A stretch of DNA of 64,000 bases from Actinomycetota bacterium. GTDB taxonomy: Bacteria > Actinomycetota > UBA4738 > JBJMLN01. Location: positions 5,656-69,655 of the forward strand of contig JBJMLN010000135.1 in the NCBI GenBank assembly GCA_045805285.1, read 5' to 3'. The first letter of the stretch is position 1, and every line of letters starts with the position of its first letter. Below, in pieces: positions 43,830 to 52,995 of the stretch. Made by a program: the position numbers and the translations under genes. The notes below the pieces were generated by a model. It saw only the letters and a list, made by a program, of their open reading frames with translations. It was not told the DNA's origin and ran no database searches.

Positions 43830-44708
43830 TCAGGAAAGAACGACCGAGCGCGTGAGGTTCCGCGGCTTGTCCGGGTCGAGCCCTCGAGCCTCCGCCAGCG
43901 CCACCGCCGTCCGCTGCGCGAGGACCAGATGCGCCATCGGGTCGATGCCGGGCTCGTTGATGACGGTCGCACCGGTGTTGTGGATCTGATCGAGGAGCGA
44001 GCGTTCGACCTCTCCGAACGCCCAGACGACGGTCCGGTCGGTCGCGACGGAGATCGGGCCGTGTCGGTACTCCATCGCCGGGTAGGCCTCCGCCCACGCG
44101 CCGGTCGCCTCACGGATCTTCAAGCCGGCCTCGCTCGCGATCGCTGCGCGCCAACCCGTTCCGAGGAAGACGAACTGTTCGAACGCGCCCGGATCGAACA
44201 GCAGCGGCGCCGTGACCATCCGCTCCGCGTCGGCGATCGCGGCCTCGAGCTGCTCGCCGAGATGGGCGCGGAACAGCGCGAGCGCGCTCGTGGCGAAACG
44301 GGTCTGCACGACCGACTGCTCGTCGGCGAAGCCGAGGACGACGGTCCTGGACGCCTCCTCCACGATGGGCGTCCGGTCCACCGCGGTCACCGCGAGGGTC
44401 GGCGTGCCCTCGATCCCCTCGAGAGCGCGCACCACCTCCGTCGTCGTTCCCGATCTGGAGATCGCGACGATCAGATCATAGTTGCGGCCGCTCGGGAACT
44501 CCGAAGCGGGGAAGGCGTCGGACTCTCCGTCGCCGGAGGACTCCCGCAGCGCAGCGATCGCCTGGCTCATGTAGAGCGACGTTCCGCAGCCGATGAAGGC
44601 GACGCGAGCGCCGAACGCCGGGAGCTTCTCGACCTCGCGGTCGGCGGCCTCGACGGCGAGGCGCCAGGCGTTCGGCTGGTCGGCGATCTCCTCTTCGATA
44701 TAGCTCAT
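43830..44708 (-). CDS. SIS-domain sugar-phosphate isomerase / deaminase-like protein (AgaS/GlmS isomerase-domain type).
   Basis: FIGCGTSLYMSQAIA, VVAISRSGTTTE. Confidence 0.7.
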   Translation of the reverse strand: MSYIEEEIADQPNAWRLAVEAADREVEKLPAFGARVAFIGCGTSLYMSQAIAALRESSGDGESDAFPASEFPSGRNYDLIVAISRSGTTTEVVRALEGIEGTPTLAVTAVDRTPIVEEASRTVVLGFADEQSVVQTRFATSALALFRAHLGEQLEAAIADAERMVTAPLLFDPGAFEQFVFLGTGWRAAIASEAGLKIREATGAWAEAYPAMEYRHGPISVATDRTVVWAFGEVERSLLDQIHNTGATVINEPGIDPMAHLVLAQRTAVALAEARGLDPDKPRNLTRSVVLS

Positions 44709-44735
44709 GGCCGGAGACTGTAGCGAAGAACGCCG

Positions 44736-46034
44736 TCAGCGAGGGCGGCGGATGCCGGTCGGCAGGAGGTTTCCGTGCGCCTCGATCAGCTCGTCGCACA
44801 TCTCCACGATCTGGGAAACGGTGAGCGTCGCGGCGGCGTTCGGGTCGAGCATCGCGGCCTGGTAGACGTGGTCGCGTGACTCCTCGAGGGCGGCGCGCAG
44901 CGTGAGCTCCACGACGTTCAGGAACGTGCGGTTCAGCGCCGTGAGCTGCGGCGGCATCGCGCCGACCGCCTGCGGATGGATGCCCGTCTCGCCGATCTCG
45001 CAGGGGACCTCCACGCAACACGCGTCGGGCAATCCCTCGATCAGGCCGTCGTTGCGGACGTTGCAGTAGACCTCCCGCTCCGTCCCGGTCTCGATGGAGT
45101 GGATCACCTCCGACGCGAGCTCGCTCGTCGGCTCCACGCTGATCGCGCCGCCGGCCGCCAGCTCCTTCTTGATCTCCTCGTACTCGTCGAGGTTCTCGTC
45201 GCTCCGGCGGATGTACTCGTCGACCGGGATCCGGAAGCGCTCGATCTGTTCGTCGCTCTTCATGAACCAGGGCACGTACTCCGCCGAGTGCTCGCTCGAC
45301 TCTGTCGGGAAGTAACCGAAGCGGCGGAAGATCTCCACCCGCACGCGGCGCTGGAGGTCGGGGTCGTTCTCCACGATGCGGCGCAGCATCGGATAGAGGT
45401 CCTCGCCGCCGAGGGAGAACGTCAGCACGAACGCCTGGTGGTTGAACCCCGCGGTGACGAAGGTGAGGTCCTCTTCCCGCTCGTCGACGAGCGAGGCGAG
45501 GAAGTGGTGGGTATCCCGCACGGAATGGCAGAGACCGACGACCTTCCGATGCGGTGTCGCCTCGTACACCGCCCACGGCAGCATCGCCATCGGGTTGGAG
45601 TAATTCAGCAGCCACGCGTCGGGACAGAGCTCGGCCATGTCGTTGCCGATGCCGACGAGGACCGGGATCGTGCGGAGCCCGCGGAAGATGCCGCCGACGC
45701 CGATCGTGTCGGCGATCGTCTGGCGGAGACCGAACCGTTTCGGGATCTCGAAGTCCTTGAGCGTCGCGTCGTAGCCGCCGACCTGGATCTCGTTGACGAC
45801 GTAGTCGGCGCCCTCCACCGCGGGCCGGCGTTCGAGGTGCGCTTCCACGTCGACGACGCGGCCGACGACCTCCGCCGTCGCGTGCGCCATCGCCTCCGCC
45901 GTCTCCAGGCGCTCGGGGCTCACGTCGTGCAGCGCGATCGTCAGCCGCTCCAGGTCGGGGAACGTCAGCAGGTCCGCGAGGACGTTCCGCGTGAACTCCA
46001 CGCTGCCGGCGCCGATGAACGCGATCCGAGGCAC
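44736..46034 (-). CDS. Second glycoside hydrolase family 4 enzyme. Start is uncertain; a GTG at 46034 is chosen by homology to the RIAFIGAGS N-terminus.
   Basis: LLNYSNPMAMLPWAVYE, GLCHSV and C-terminal domain motifs parallel to the first GH4. Confidence 0.75.
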   Translation of the reverse strand: MPRIAFIGAGSVEFTRNVLADLLTFPDLERLTIALHDVSPERLETAEAMAHATAEVVGRVVDVEAHLERRPAVEGADYVVNEIQVGGYDATLKDFEIPKRFGLRQTIADTIGVGGIFRGLRTIPVLVGIGNDMAELCPDAWLLNYSNPMAMLPWAVYEATPHRKVVGLCHSVRDTHHFLASLVDEREEDLTFVTAGFNHQAFVLTFSLGGEDLYPMLRRIVENDPDLQRRVRVEIFRRFGYFPTESSEHSAEYVPWFMKSDEQIERFRIPVDEYIRRSDENLDEYEEIKKELAAGGAISVEPTSELASEVIHSIETGTEREVYCNVRNDGLIEGLPDACCVEVPCEIGETGIHPQAVGAMPPQLTALNRTFLNVVELTLRAALEESRDHVYQAAMLDPNAAATLTVSQIVEMCDELIEAHGNLLPTGIRRPR

Positions 46035-46134
46035 GGCGCGGAGTGTTCCACGCGCCCGCTCGGGCGACAAACCCGCTCCGAGACCGGGACGAGTACGATG
46101 GCGGCTCTCAGCGGCCGGCAGAGGGAGGCGATCG

Positions 46135-46368
46135 GTGGTCAGCGCGTACATCCTCATCCAGGCGGAGGTCGGGAAGGCCACACAGGTCACGAACGAGCTC
46201 AAGAGCATCAAGGGGATCGTCCAGGTCGACGGCGTCACCGGGCCCTACGACGTGATCGCGCGCGCGGAGGCGAACGACCTCGACGACCTCGCGAAGTCGG
46301 TCGTGATGCGTCTCCAGAGCGTGGAGGGCGTCACGCGGACGCTCACCTGTCCGGTCCTTCAGCTCTAG
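46135..46368 (+). CDS. Stand-alone Lrp/AsnC C-terminal (RAM) ligand-binding domain protein of 77 aa, with no HTH.
   Basis: GTG start preceded by GAGGGAGG. VVSAYILIQAEVGKATQVTNELKSIKGIVQVDGVTGPYDVIARAEANDLDDLAKSVV. Confidence 0.65.
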   Translation: MVSAYILIQAEVGKATQVTNELKSIKGIVQVDGVTGPYDVIARAEANDLDDLAKSVVMRLQSVEGVTRTLTCPVLQL

Positions 46369-46372
46369 CCCC

Positions 46373-47098
46373 ATGATCACGGTTCGGCCCGACGCGGAGA
46401 TCTCCGACGTCGAGGGCGACTGGTTCCGCGCGCGCTGGCACTTCTCCTTCGACTCCTACTACGACCCGGACTGGGTGCAGTTCGGAACGCTCCGGGTGTT
46501 CAACGACGACCGGTTGATCCCGGGTGCGATCTGGCCGCTCCATCCGCATCGCGACATCGAAGGGCTGACGTACGTCGTCGAGGGGTCCTTCCGCCACGAG
46601 GACGACCACGGAGGAGCGCCGGGGCCGCTTCCGGCCGGCTCGGTGCAGCGGATGACGCTTGGGTCGGGCGCGTGGCACTCGGAGCAGAACGCGTCGGAGA
46701 CCGAACCGATGCGTTTCATCCAGATGTGGATCATGCCGGCGAAGCGCGGCCTGGAGCCCGGTGTCGAGCAGAAGGTGTTCACGACGGAGGACCGCACCGA
46801 CAAGCTGCTCAAGGTCATCTCCGGCGAAGGTGGAGATGCGGTGCTCGTCCATCAGGATGCGAACGTATACGTCTCCCGGATGTCAGCGGGAACGGAGCTG
46901 CCACACGCGTTCGACAGCGATCAAGGCGCGTACCTCTACGTGATCGGCGGATCGCTCGAGCTGAACGGCGAGAAGCTCGAGACCGGCGATGCCGCGAAGG
47001 TCGAGGGCGAGCGCGAGATCCGTTTGCGTGCGGCGGAGCCGACGGAGCCGTCGGAGCTCATCGTGGCGGAGGTCCGTGTGTCGTCGGACCGCACCTAA
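46373..47098 (+). CDS. Pirin-family cupin protein.
   Basis: FRARWHFSFDSYYDP, HPHRDIEGLTYVVEG (metal-binding His), QMWIMP. Confidence 0.85.
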   Translation: MITVRPDAEISDVEGDWFRARWHFSFDSYYDPDWVQFGTLRVFNDDRLIPGAIWPLHPHRDIEGLTYVVEGSFRHEDDHGGAPGPLPAGSVQRMTLGSGAWHSEQNASETEPMRFIQMWIMPAKRGLEPGVEQKVFTTEDRTDKLLKVISGEGGDAVLVHQDANVYVSRMSAGTELPHAFDSDQGAYLYVIGGSLELNGEKLETGDAAKVEGEREIRLRAAEPTEPSELIVAEVRVSSDRT

Positions 47099-47119
47099 AG
47101 GCTTCGGTCGGCGAGGTGT

Positions 47120-47158
47120 CCACATACTGGACACGCGTCTCACATAGTGGACAGTGCT
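47120..47158. repeat. Two direct copies of the same ~17-bp motif (cCACATACTGGACAcgcg, tCACATAGTGGACAGTGc) in the convergent intergenic region between the pirin and GNAT genes.
   Basis: Seen directly. Consensus is cACAT-nn-TGGACAGTGc. Confidence 0.5.
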
Positions 47159-47186
47159 CCGCACGAGGCTCGATTCCGACACTCCG

Positions 47187-47714
47187 TTATCCGAGGGATC
47201 GGCGATACCGGATCTCCTCGAGGACCACCGGAACCGTCGGATGCATCTCCTGCTTGGCCGATCCGTCGGGAAGCAGGCCTGCCGCCTCGTAGAAGCGGCG
47301 AGCGCGCGCATTCCGCTCCAGGACCCAGAGCGTGAGCTCCCTGAAGCCGGTGCTCCGCGCGAACTCGATCGCTGCGGTCATCAACGCGCGACCGACGCCG
47401 GTGCCGGCAACCTCCTCCTCGACGTAGAGGGAGGAGAGCTCTGCGCTGCCGGCGTGGGCGTCCTCGTCGCGCGAAGGCCCCGTCCCGGCGAAGCCGACGA
47501 TCCGTCCGCGGACTTCGGCTACGAGAACGGCCGCCCCCGGAGGGAGCGATCCGAGGATCTCGTTCCAACCCTGCTCTCGACGTTCGACGGAGAGGGAGTC
47601 GAGCACCTCCGGCGGCAAGATGTCGCGGTAGCCCCACCGCCACCCGCGGACGTGGACCTCCGCGATCTGGCGCGCATCCGAGATGCCGGCTCGCCGAATT
47701 GACGGTTCCGTCAC
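47187..47714 (-). CDS. GNAT-family N-acetyltransferase.
   Basis: Acetyl-CoA-binding motif VGRALMTAAIEFAR. Confidence 0.8.
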   Translation of the reverse strand: MTEPSIRRAGISDARQIAEVHVRGWRWGYRDILPPEVLDSLSVERREQGWNEILGSLPPGAAVLVAEVRGRIVGFAGTGPSRDEDAHAGSAELSSLYVEEEVAGTGVGRALMTAAIEFARSTGFRELTLWVLERNARARRFYEAAGLLPDGSAKQEMHPTVPVVLEEIRYRRSLG

Positions 47715-47990
47715 GGATCGTCGACGGCTGCGTGTCTGCGAACCGCGATGTCATGACGGTTCCAGATCCACGCGAGGACTGCCGCGGCGCAGGCTGCCAA
47801 CAGGCAGCCGACTGCCCACCGGTAGAGGGTCTGCCCCCGTTGGACATACGCCTTGCCCAAAGCGATGCATTCAGTAGGCGTTTCGGTGTCTACCCATCGG
47901 GGCTCGTGGGGGAGCTGAGACGCGTGAACCGCGTGGCCGCAATCGCCGCCACCGTACGCGTAGATCGGATGGAAGAGGTTCATCGGCGCG
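47711..47990 (-). CDS. Possible small membrane protein. Start uncertain; the ORF extends to 48163.
   Basis: GC3 ~75%. C-terminal transmembrane segment WAVGCLLAACAAAVLAWIW. 4-nt overlap with the GNAT start. Confidence 0.3.
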
Positions 47991-48196
47991 ACAACGAAGA
48001 GCACCGCTGCGGCTGCGAGGAAACCAAACCGAGGATTCGCAGGAGGTGCGAGTACGCGTGAAGGACGAGCGTCACAACTACGATGATGCCTGCGACGAAA
48101 GCAAGAGCGGTTCCGACCATCACGAGCGATACCGCGTTTTCCGAGGCGTCCCTGAGAAAGCACCCGCTACAACCGGCCACGCCGAGGACGATCTCC

Positions 48197-49411
48197 TTAC
48201 TTTTCGTCGCCGGTCGAAACGGGATACGGCAGCGCGATCGGATCCGTTGCGAGGTTGCTCCTGCCGTGCTCGTCGAAGCGATCGATCCCCAGATCGGAGA
48301 CGTCGATGAGCTTCGTCTTGCCCTTCACCGCGAGATCCGCCGCGATCTTCGCGACCGCCGGACCCCACATCATCCCGTGGCCAGCGCATCCCGCGATCGT
48401 GGTTCCCTCCACAGGAAGACCGTCCGCGCCGATCACGGGGCCGAGGATCGGCATGTGGTCCGGAGTGAACTCGATCGTTGCCGCCCAGGCCTTCCGGATG
48501 CCGAGGCCCTTCGTCACGGGAACGAGCGCGTTGAGGCGCTCCTCCATCGTGCGGAGATACGGCCAGTCGATCTCCTTCGCCTCGCCCGGTGTCTCGTCCG
48601 GATTGCTCATGCCCCAGAGGAGGCCTCCCTCCTCGAGACGCCAGTAGATGCCCGCACCGACGTCGAAGATCATCGTCTGGCGGTCGACGTCGAAGGCGTC
48701 GTGCGGCGACGTCACGACCACCTGGTGACGCGCGCCGCTCGCGAACACCTTCGCTCCGGCTGCTCTGCCGACGTTCCTGAGCAACGGGCCGCCGGTGAGA
48801 AGAACGCGCTCCGTCGCGATCGGGCCGGCCGAGGTCTCCACGCCGGTCACTCGCTTCCCGTTCCGCGATTTCTTCAGCCCGAGGAACGTGACACCCTCGC
48901 GGAGCTCCACCTTCTTCTGCTGCATCGCGAGGGAGTAGGCGCGCACGTTCCGCGGAGGGTCGATCGCTCCATCGGTCGCAACGTACGAGCCGCCGAGGTG
49001 TCCTTCCTTGGAGAGGGTCGGGTTGAGCTCGACGGCTTCCGCCGGGTCGATCCATCGGACGTCGAGGCCCGCCGCCTGCTGCATCGCGACGCGCTCCTTG
49101 CCCGCGATCACGTCGTCCTCCGTGTCCGCGAGGATCAGGTAGCCATGCTCGCGGAAACCCGAGTCGGTGCCGAGGAGTCCCCGCTGCCGGTTGTAGAAGT
49201 CGATGCTCCACTGCCCGAGCTTGACCGTTCTCGGGTTGCCGCCCTGCGCGCGCACGATCCCGGCGGCGCGGCTGCTCGCGCCCTGTCCGGCGCGCCACTG
49301 TTCGAGGACGACGACACCCTTCGCGCCGTTCCCGCGCGCGAAGTAGGAGCCCCAGCCTCCGAGCGTTCCGGCACCGACGACGACGAGATCGGCAACGTCT
49401 TTCCTCGACAA
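48197..49411 (-). CDS. FAD-dependent oxidoreductase (DAO family; sarcosine / glycine oxidase-like).
   Basis: DLVVVGAGTLGG Rossmann motif and DAO-domain motifs throughout. TTG start preceded by CAGGAGAACGCG is chosen; the alternative ATG at 49546 would add an Arg-rich leader. Confidence 0.75.
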   Translation of the reverse strand: MSRKDVADLVVVGAGTLGGWGSYFARGNGAKGVVVLEQWRAGQGASSRAAGIVRAQGGNPRTVKLGQWSIDFYNRQRGLLGTDSGFREHGYLILADTEDDVIAGKERVAMQQAAGLDVRWIDPAEAVELNPTLSKEGHLGGSYVATDGAIDPPRNVRAYSLAMQQKKVELREGVTFLGLKKSRNGKRVTGVETSAGPIATERVLLTGGPLLRNVGRAAGAKVFASGARHQVVVTSPHDAFDVDRQTMIFDVGAGIYWRLEEGGLLWGMSNPDETPGEAKEIDWPYLRTMEERLNALVPVTKGLGIRKAWAATIEFTPDHMPILGPVIGADGLPVEGTTIAGCAGHGMMWGPAVAKIAADLAVKGKTKLIDVSDLGIDRFDEHGRSNLATDPIALPYPVSTGDEK

Positions 49412-49865
49412 CGCGTTCTCCTGAACGATCGTCCGGGCGGTGGAGTCTAGTCGGGCGAGTCTCGACGTCGCCCGCGTGGGTTCATCCGTCCACCTGTGTC
49501 TCAAGCATCCGGGAGGCAACGTCGATGCTCTCCGTGTCTCTCTCACGGGCTGATGAGGAGAGCGGCGAGATGGTGGGTTCCGGCGCGTTGATCATCGGAG
49601 GACTCCTCCCGCTGCTTCCTGCGAGCGGCTTTCTCTTCGGCGCGGAGGTGACGATCGTTCCGGTGCGAGACCCTGAGAGGCGTGCGCGCATACAGCGGGC
49701 CTCGTCTGTTGCGGGACGGGTCATTCTGGCCCTGGCTGTCCTACTTCTCTTGGTTGGCGGAGTCGGCCTCATCGTGACCGCCGTGATGTGACTGCGCAGG
49801 ACTGCGAGCCCGAACGATAACGCTCCACGCGAAGCCCGGTGACGCTGGTCGCCATCCCGGCGAAA

Positions 49866-50630
49866 ATGCTCGACGTGGAAGAGGTGGAGGTCGTCGTCGC
49901 CCATCGCGAGCGGGTGACCCTGCGCGTCGGCGACGTCTTCCTGAAGATCGACACTGACCAGGCGCGCACGGACCGCGAGGTCGAGGCGATGGGCCTTGCG
50001 CCGATCCCGACTCCGGAGGTCCTCTGGCGGAAGCCGCCCGTGCTCGCACTCTCGGCCCTCCGCGGAACGGCACTCGGCCGCCTCGGTGAGCGCTCGAACG
50101 CGTCCGCGGAGGCTTGGGCCGCTGCCGGCGCCGCCGCACGGATGTTGCACGATGCGCCGCTTCCGCCATGGCCAGGCGAAAGCATCGACGAGATCGCATC
50201 GCAACTCGAGAGGGAATGCGACTGGCTCGTCACGAACGATGTCCTTCCGACCGAGATGGTCACGCGCAACCGCCGGATCGCTGAGACCGCGCTCCAACCG
50301 TGGACGCCAGTATTTGCGCACGGCGACCTGCAGATCACCCACGTGTTCGCCGACGGTGACGAGATCACCGGAGTTATCGACTGGTCAGAAGCGGCCCAAG
50401 GCGATGCCCTCTACGACCTCGCCACGTTGACGCTCGGACACGAGGAGCGCCTTGCCGACGTTGTCGCCGGCTACGGCACCGACGTCGACCTCGACGTCAT
50501 CCGGGCGTGGTGGTCGCTTCGAAGCCTGCTTGCGGCGCGCTGGCTGATCGACCACGGCTTCGATCCGTCCTCGCCAGGTTGCGAGTTCGACGTGTTGAGA
50601 TCTTCGTCAAGCTGGACGACTGAAGCCTGA
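49866..50630 (+). CDS. Aminoglycoside / antibiotic phosphotransferase (APH) family protein.
   Basis: HGDLQITHVF (Brenner HGD) and GVIDWSEAAQGDALYDLA (D-x-x-E). Confidence 0.75.
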   Translation: MLDVEEVEVVVAHRERVTLRVGDVFLKIDTDQARTDREVEAMGLAPIPTPEVLWRKPPVLALSALRGTALGRLGERSNASAEAWAAAGAAARMLHDAPLPPWPGESIDEIASQLERECDWLVTNDVLPTEMVTRNRRIAETALQPWTPVFAHGDLQITHVFADGDEITGVIDWSEAAQGDALYDLATLTLGHEERLADVVAGYGTDVDLDVIRAWWSLRSLLAARWLIDHGFDPSSPGCEFDVLRSSSSWTTEA

Positions 50631-50632
50631 CC

Positions 50633-51022
50633 TCACGACCAGAACTCGTCCGACGTGTAGGCGTCGCTCGGGTGCAGCCACGACTCGGTGACCTTGCCGT
50701 CCTTGAGGTGGAAGACCTGGACGGTGTTGTCGTGCAGCGTCTTTCCGTTCCGCTCGCCCATCGCGGTGAGGAGCGTCACGGCGTGCTCGTCGTCGGCCAG
50801 GATCGCGTGGATGTCGAGGTGGAACGTCCCGTTCGTCAGCTCCATGTTCTTCTGGAGGTTGCCGAACACCTCGTCCTTGCCCCGGAACGTTCCCGAGAGC
50901 TCGTTGCGTCCGGGGGTGTGCCAGACGACGTCGTCGGAGAAGAACTCGTTCAGCGTTGCCATGTCGCCGGCTGCGAACGCGTCGTAGCCCTTGCGGACGA
51001 GATCCTCGTTGGGATGAGCCAT
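50633..51022 (-). CDS. SnoaL/NTF2-like fold protein.
   Basis: LVRKGYDAFAAGDMATLNEFFSDDVVWHTPG is a typical SnoaL_2 N-terminus. Confidence 0.7.
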   Translation of the reverse strand: MAHPNEDLVRKGYDAFAAGDMATLNEFFSDDVVWHTPGRNELSGTFRGKDEVFGNLQKNMELTNGTFHLDIHAILADDEHAVTLLTAMGERNGKTLHDNTVQVFHLKDGKVTESWLHPSDAYTSDEFWS

Positions 51023-51128
51023 GGTTCCTCCTGACGGTGGCTGGAGTGGCGGGACCGCCATCCTGGGGCCCGACACCTCGCTCGTCAAACGGAGTCACCA
51101 GTCCACGGAGCGGACCTAGAGTGAACCC

Positions 51129-51875
51129 ATGCGGACTGAACCCACTCACGTGCCTGCGAGCGGCCCACCCCTTGCGGCGAGGACCCTCCGCGAAGAGCTG
51201 TTGATCGTCCTGTCGCTCTCGCTCCTCGCGAGCGCGGCGTTCGCGGTCGTCAGCCTGCTCTCCGGGCCGGTGAAGGGCGCCACGGTCGCCGTCTATCCAC
51301 AGGTCGGTCTCGCCACACAGCTGCTCGATATCGCGTTCGGTCTGGCACCGGTCTGGCTCGTGATCTATCTCGTCCGCCGGAGCGGTGAGGGCGTGCAAGG
51401 CATCGGCCTCGCGCTCGACCGGCCTCTCGGGGACATCGGAGCGGGCGTCGTCCTCGCGGTCGTCGTCGGCGTCGTCGGCATCCTGATCTACCTCGGAGCG
51501 GTCGCCCTCGGCGTGAACCGATACGTGATCCCGGTTCCGCTCGGATATTGGTGGACGGTTCCCGTGCTGATCCTCGGCGCGGCGCAGACCGCGCTCCTCG
51601 AGGAGGTCATCGTCGTCGGCTATCTGATCACGCGTCTTCGGCAGATCGGATGGAGTCCCGTCGTCGCGCTCGCCGCGAGCGCGGCGCTCCGCGCCTCGTA
51701 CCACCTGTACCAGGGTTGGGGAGGGTTCCTCGGGAACCTCCTCCTCGGCCTCTTCTTCGGATGGAACTTCCTCCGCCGCAAGCGAACGTGGCCGCTCGTC
51801 GTCGCGCATTTCCTCGTGGACGTCGGAGCGGGCCTCGGCTACCTGGCGTTCCGCTCGCATCTCCCCGGCGCCTGA
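51129..51875 (+). CDS. CPBP-family (CAAX / Abi) intramembrane metalloprotease.
   Basis: EEVIVVGY (EExxxR-like), FxxxH and HFLVD motifs across five or more transmembrane segments. Confidence 0.7.
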   Translation: MRTEPTHVPASGPPLAARTLREELLIVLSLSLLASAAFAVVSLLSGPVKGATVAVYPQVGLATQLLDIAFGLAPVWLVIYLVRRSGEGVQGIGLALDRPLGDIGAGVVLAVVVGVVGILIYLGAVALGVNRYVIPVPLGYWWTVPVLILGAAQTALLEEVIVVGYLITRLRQIGWSPVVALAASAALRASYHLYQGWGGFLGNLLLGLFFGWNFLRRKRTWPLVVAHFLVDVGAGLGYLAFRSHLPGA

Positions 51876-51966
51876 CGCGCCCTTTCGACGCCGCCGTTCG
51901 TTGCAACGTGCGAACGGAGTGCCACAATGCCGACGCGGTCCCTTGGAGTGAAGGAGGCGTTCCTCC

Positions 51967-52473
51967 ATGGCAGCCGTCCTCGATTACCTCCAGGGCCGCG
52001 GCGTCACGTTCCAGGTCATCCCGCATGCTTCGGCGTCCTCTGCGGAGGAGGCTGCCACGCTGATCGGCGTCGATCCCGCGGAGATGGCGAACACCGTCGC
52101 GATGATCGAGGGCCTCGACGTCTCCTTGGCCGTGATCCCGGCGAGCGACCGGCTCGACCCACGCGCGGTCGCCGCGGCGATTGGTGATCGAGCCCGGCCC
52201 GCCGACCCCGACGAGATCCGGCACGCGTTCCCCGACATCCAACCGCGCGCCCTTCCTCCGCTCGGTTTGCTGCTGCACGTGCCGATGTACGTCGACCCGG
52301 CGCTGTACGAGCGGGAGACGATCGTGTTCCCGGCCGGGAGGAGCACGCAATCGATCCGCATCCGCACCGAGGACCTGTTCCGTGGAGATCCCATCGTGGT
52401 GACGCCGCTGACCCGCAGGGAACCGGATCAGGTCGTGAAGGTGGAGGAGGCCGTGGAGATCCTCGACCAGTAG
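51967..52473 (+). CDS. YbaK / ProX-family aminoacyl-tRNA deacylase domain protein.
   Basis: VLDYLQGRGVTFQVIPH N-terminus and overall size fit the family. Confidence 0.7.
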   Translation: MAAVLDYLQGRGVTFQVIPHASASSAEEAATLIGVDPAEMANTVAMIEGLDVSLAVIPASDRLDPRAVAAAIGDRARPADPDEIRHAFPDIQPRALPPLGLLLHVPMYVDPALYERETIVFPAGRSTQSIRIRTEDLFRGDPIVVTPLTRREPDQVVKVEEAVEILDQ

Positions 52474-52995
52474 CTACTGGAGCTTTCGGGGGATCGAGCG
52501 CTCCCAGCTCCGCGACCATTTCGGCTCATCGTTCTCGAGCGCGTCGAGCTCCATCTTGAGGTGGTACGTCGATGCGTCGCTCCGGAGCGTCAGCCGCGCC
52601 TCCGTCTTGACGTGCACGTCTCCGTATCGGATGTCGAACGACCCCAGCCCGACCGCGCCGGCGTCGCCGGGATCCTCGGTGGAGACGTCGATCGTTCCCG
52701 CGTAGCGCTCGTGCACGATCGTTCCCGGTCTCGCCTCCGCCGGCTCTCCGCCGTGATCGATCGTCGTGGAGGTCCGATTGCCCATCACGTCGTGGTCGAC
52801 TCGCCAGACGATGCCCTTGCGCGCCTGCGGGTCGGTGTCGGAGCTCGCCGTCGGTCCCTCTCCCATCTCCAGGGTCCGCTCCAACACCGGAGCGAGCTGC
52901 GGCTTCTCCGAAACGGGCGTCGGGCCGTTCAGCACCGGCAGCACGAGCGTCGCGTCTCGGCGCCGGAAAGAGATCCCCGCGGGCGTCGGGGGGGC
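52474..52995 (-). other. Downstream-frame continuation (~150 aa) of the CocE/NonD gene. Codon bias switches from the upstream frame to this frame exactly at a C8 run on the minus strand (G8 on the plus strand, 52988-52995).
   Basis: This frame shows high GC3 from the homopolymer onward: ...PPTPAGISF...GIVWRVDHDVMGN...HLKMELDALENDEPKW. Adding one C yields a single ~650-aa reading frame. Confidence 0.5.

Noticed and set aside
49525-49791. 88-aa plus-strand ORF with two hydrophobic stretches.
   Set aside because: GC3 is only ~65% and no RBS was found. It overlaps the 5' region and leader of the DAO gene on the other strand. It is kept out of the feature list as unsupported.
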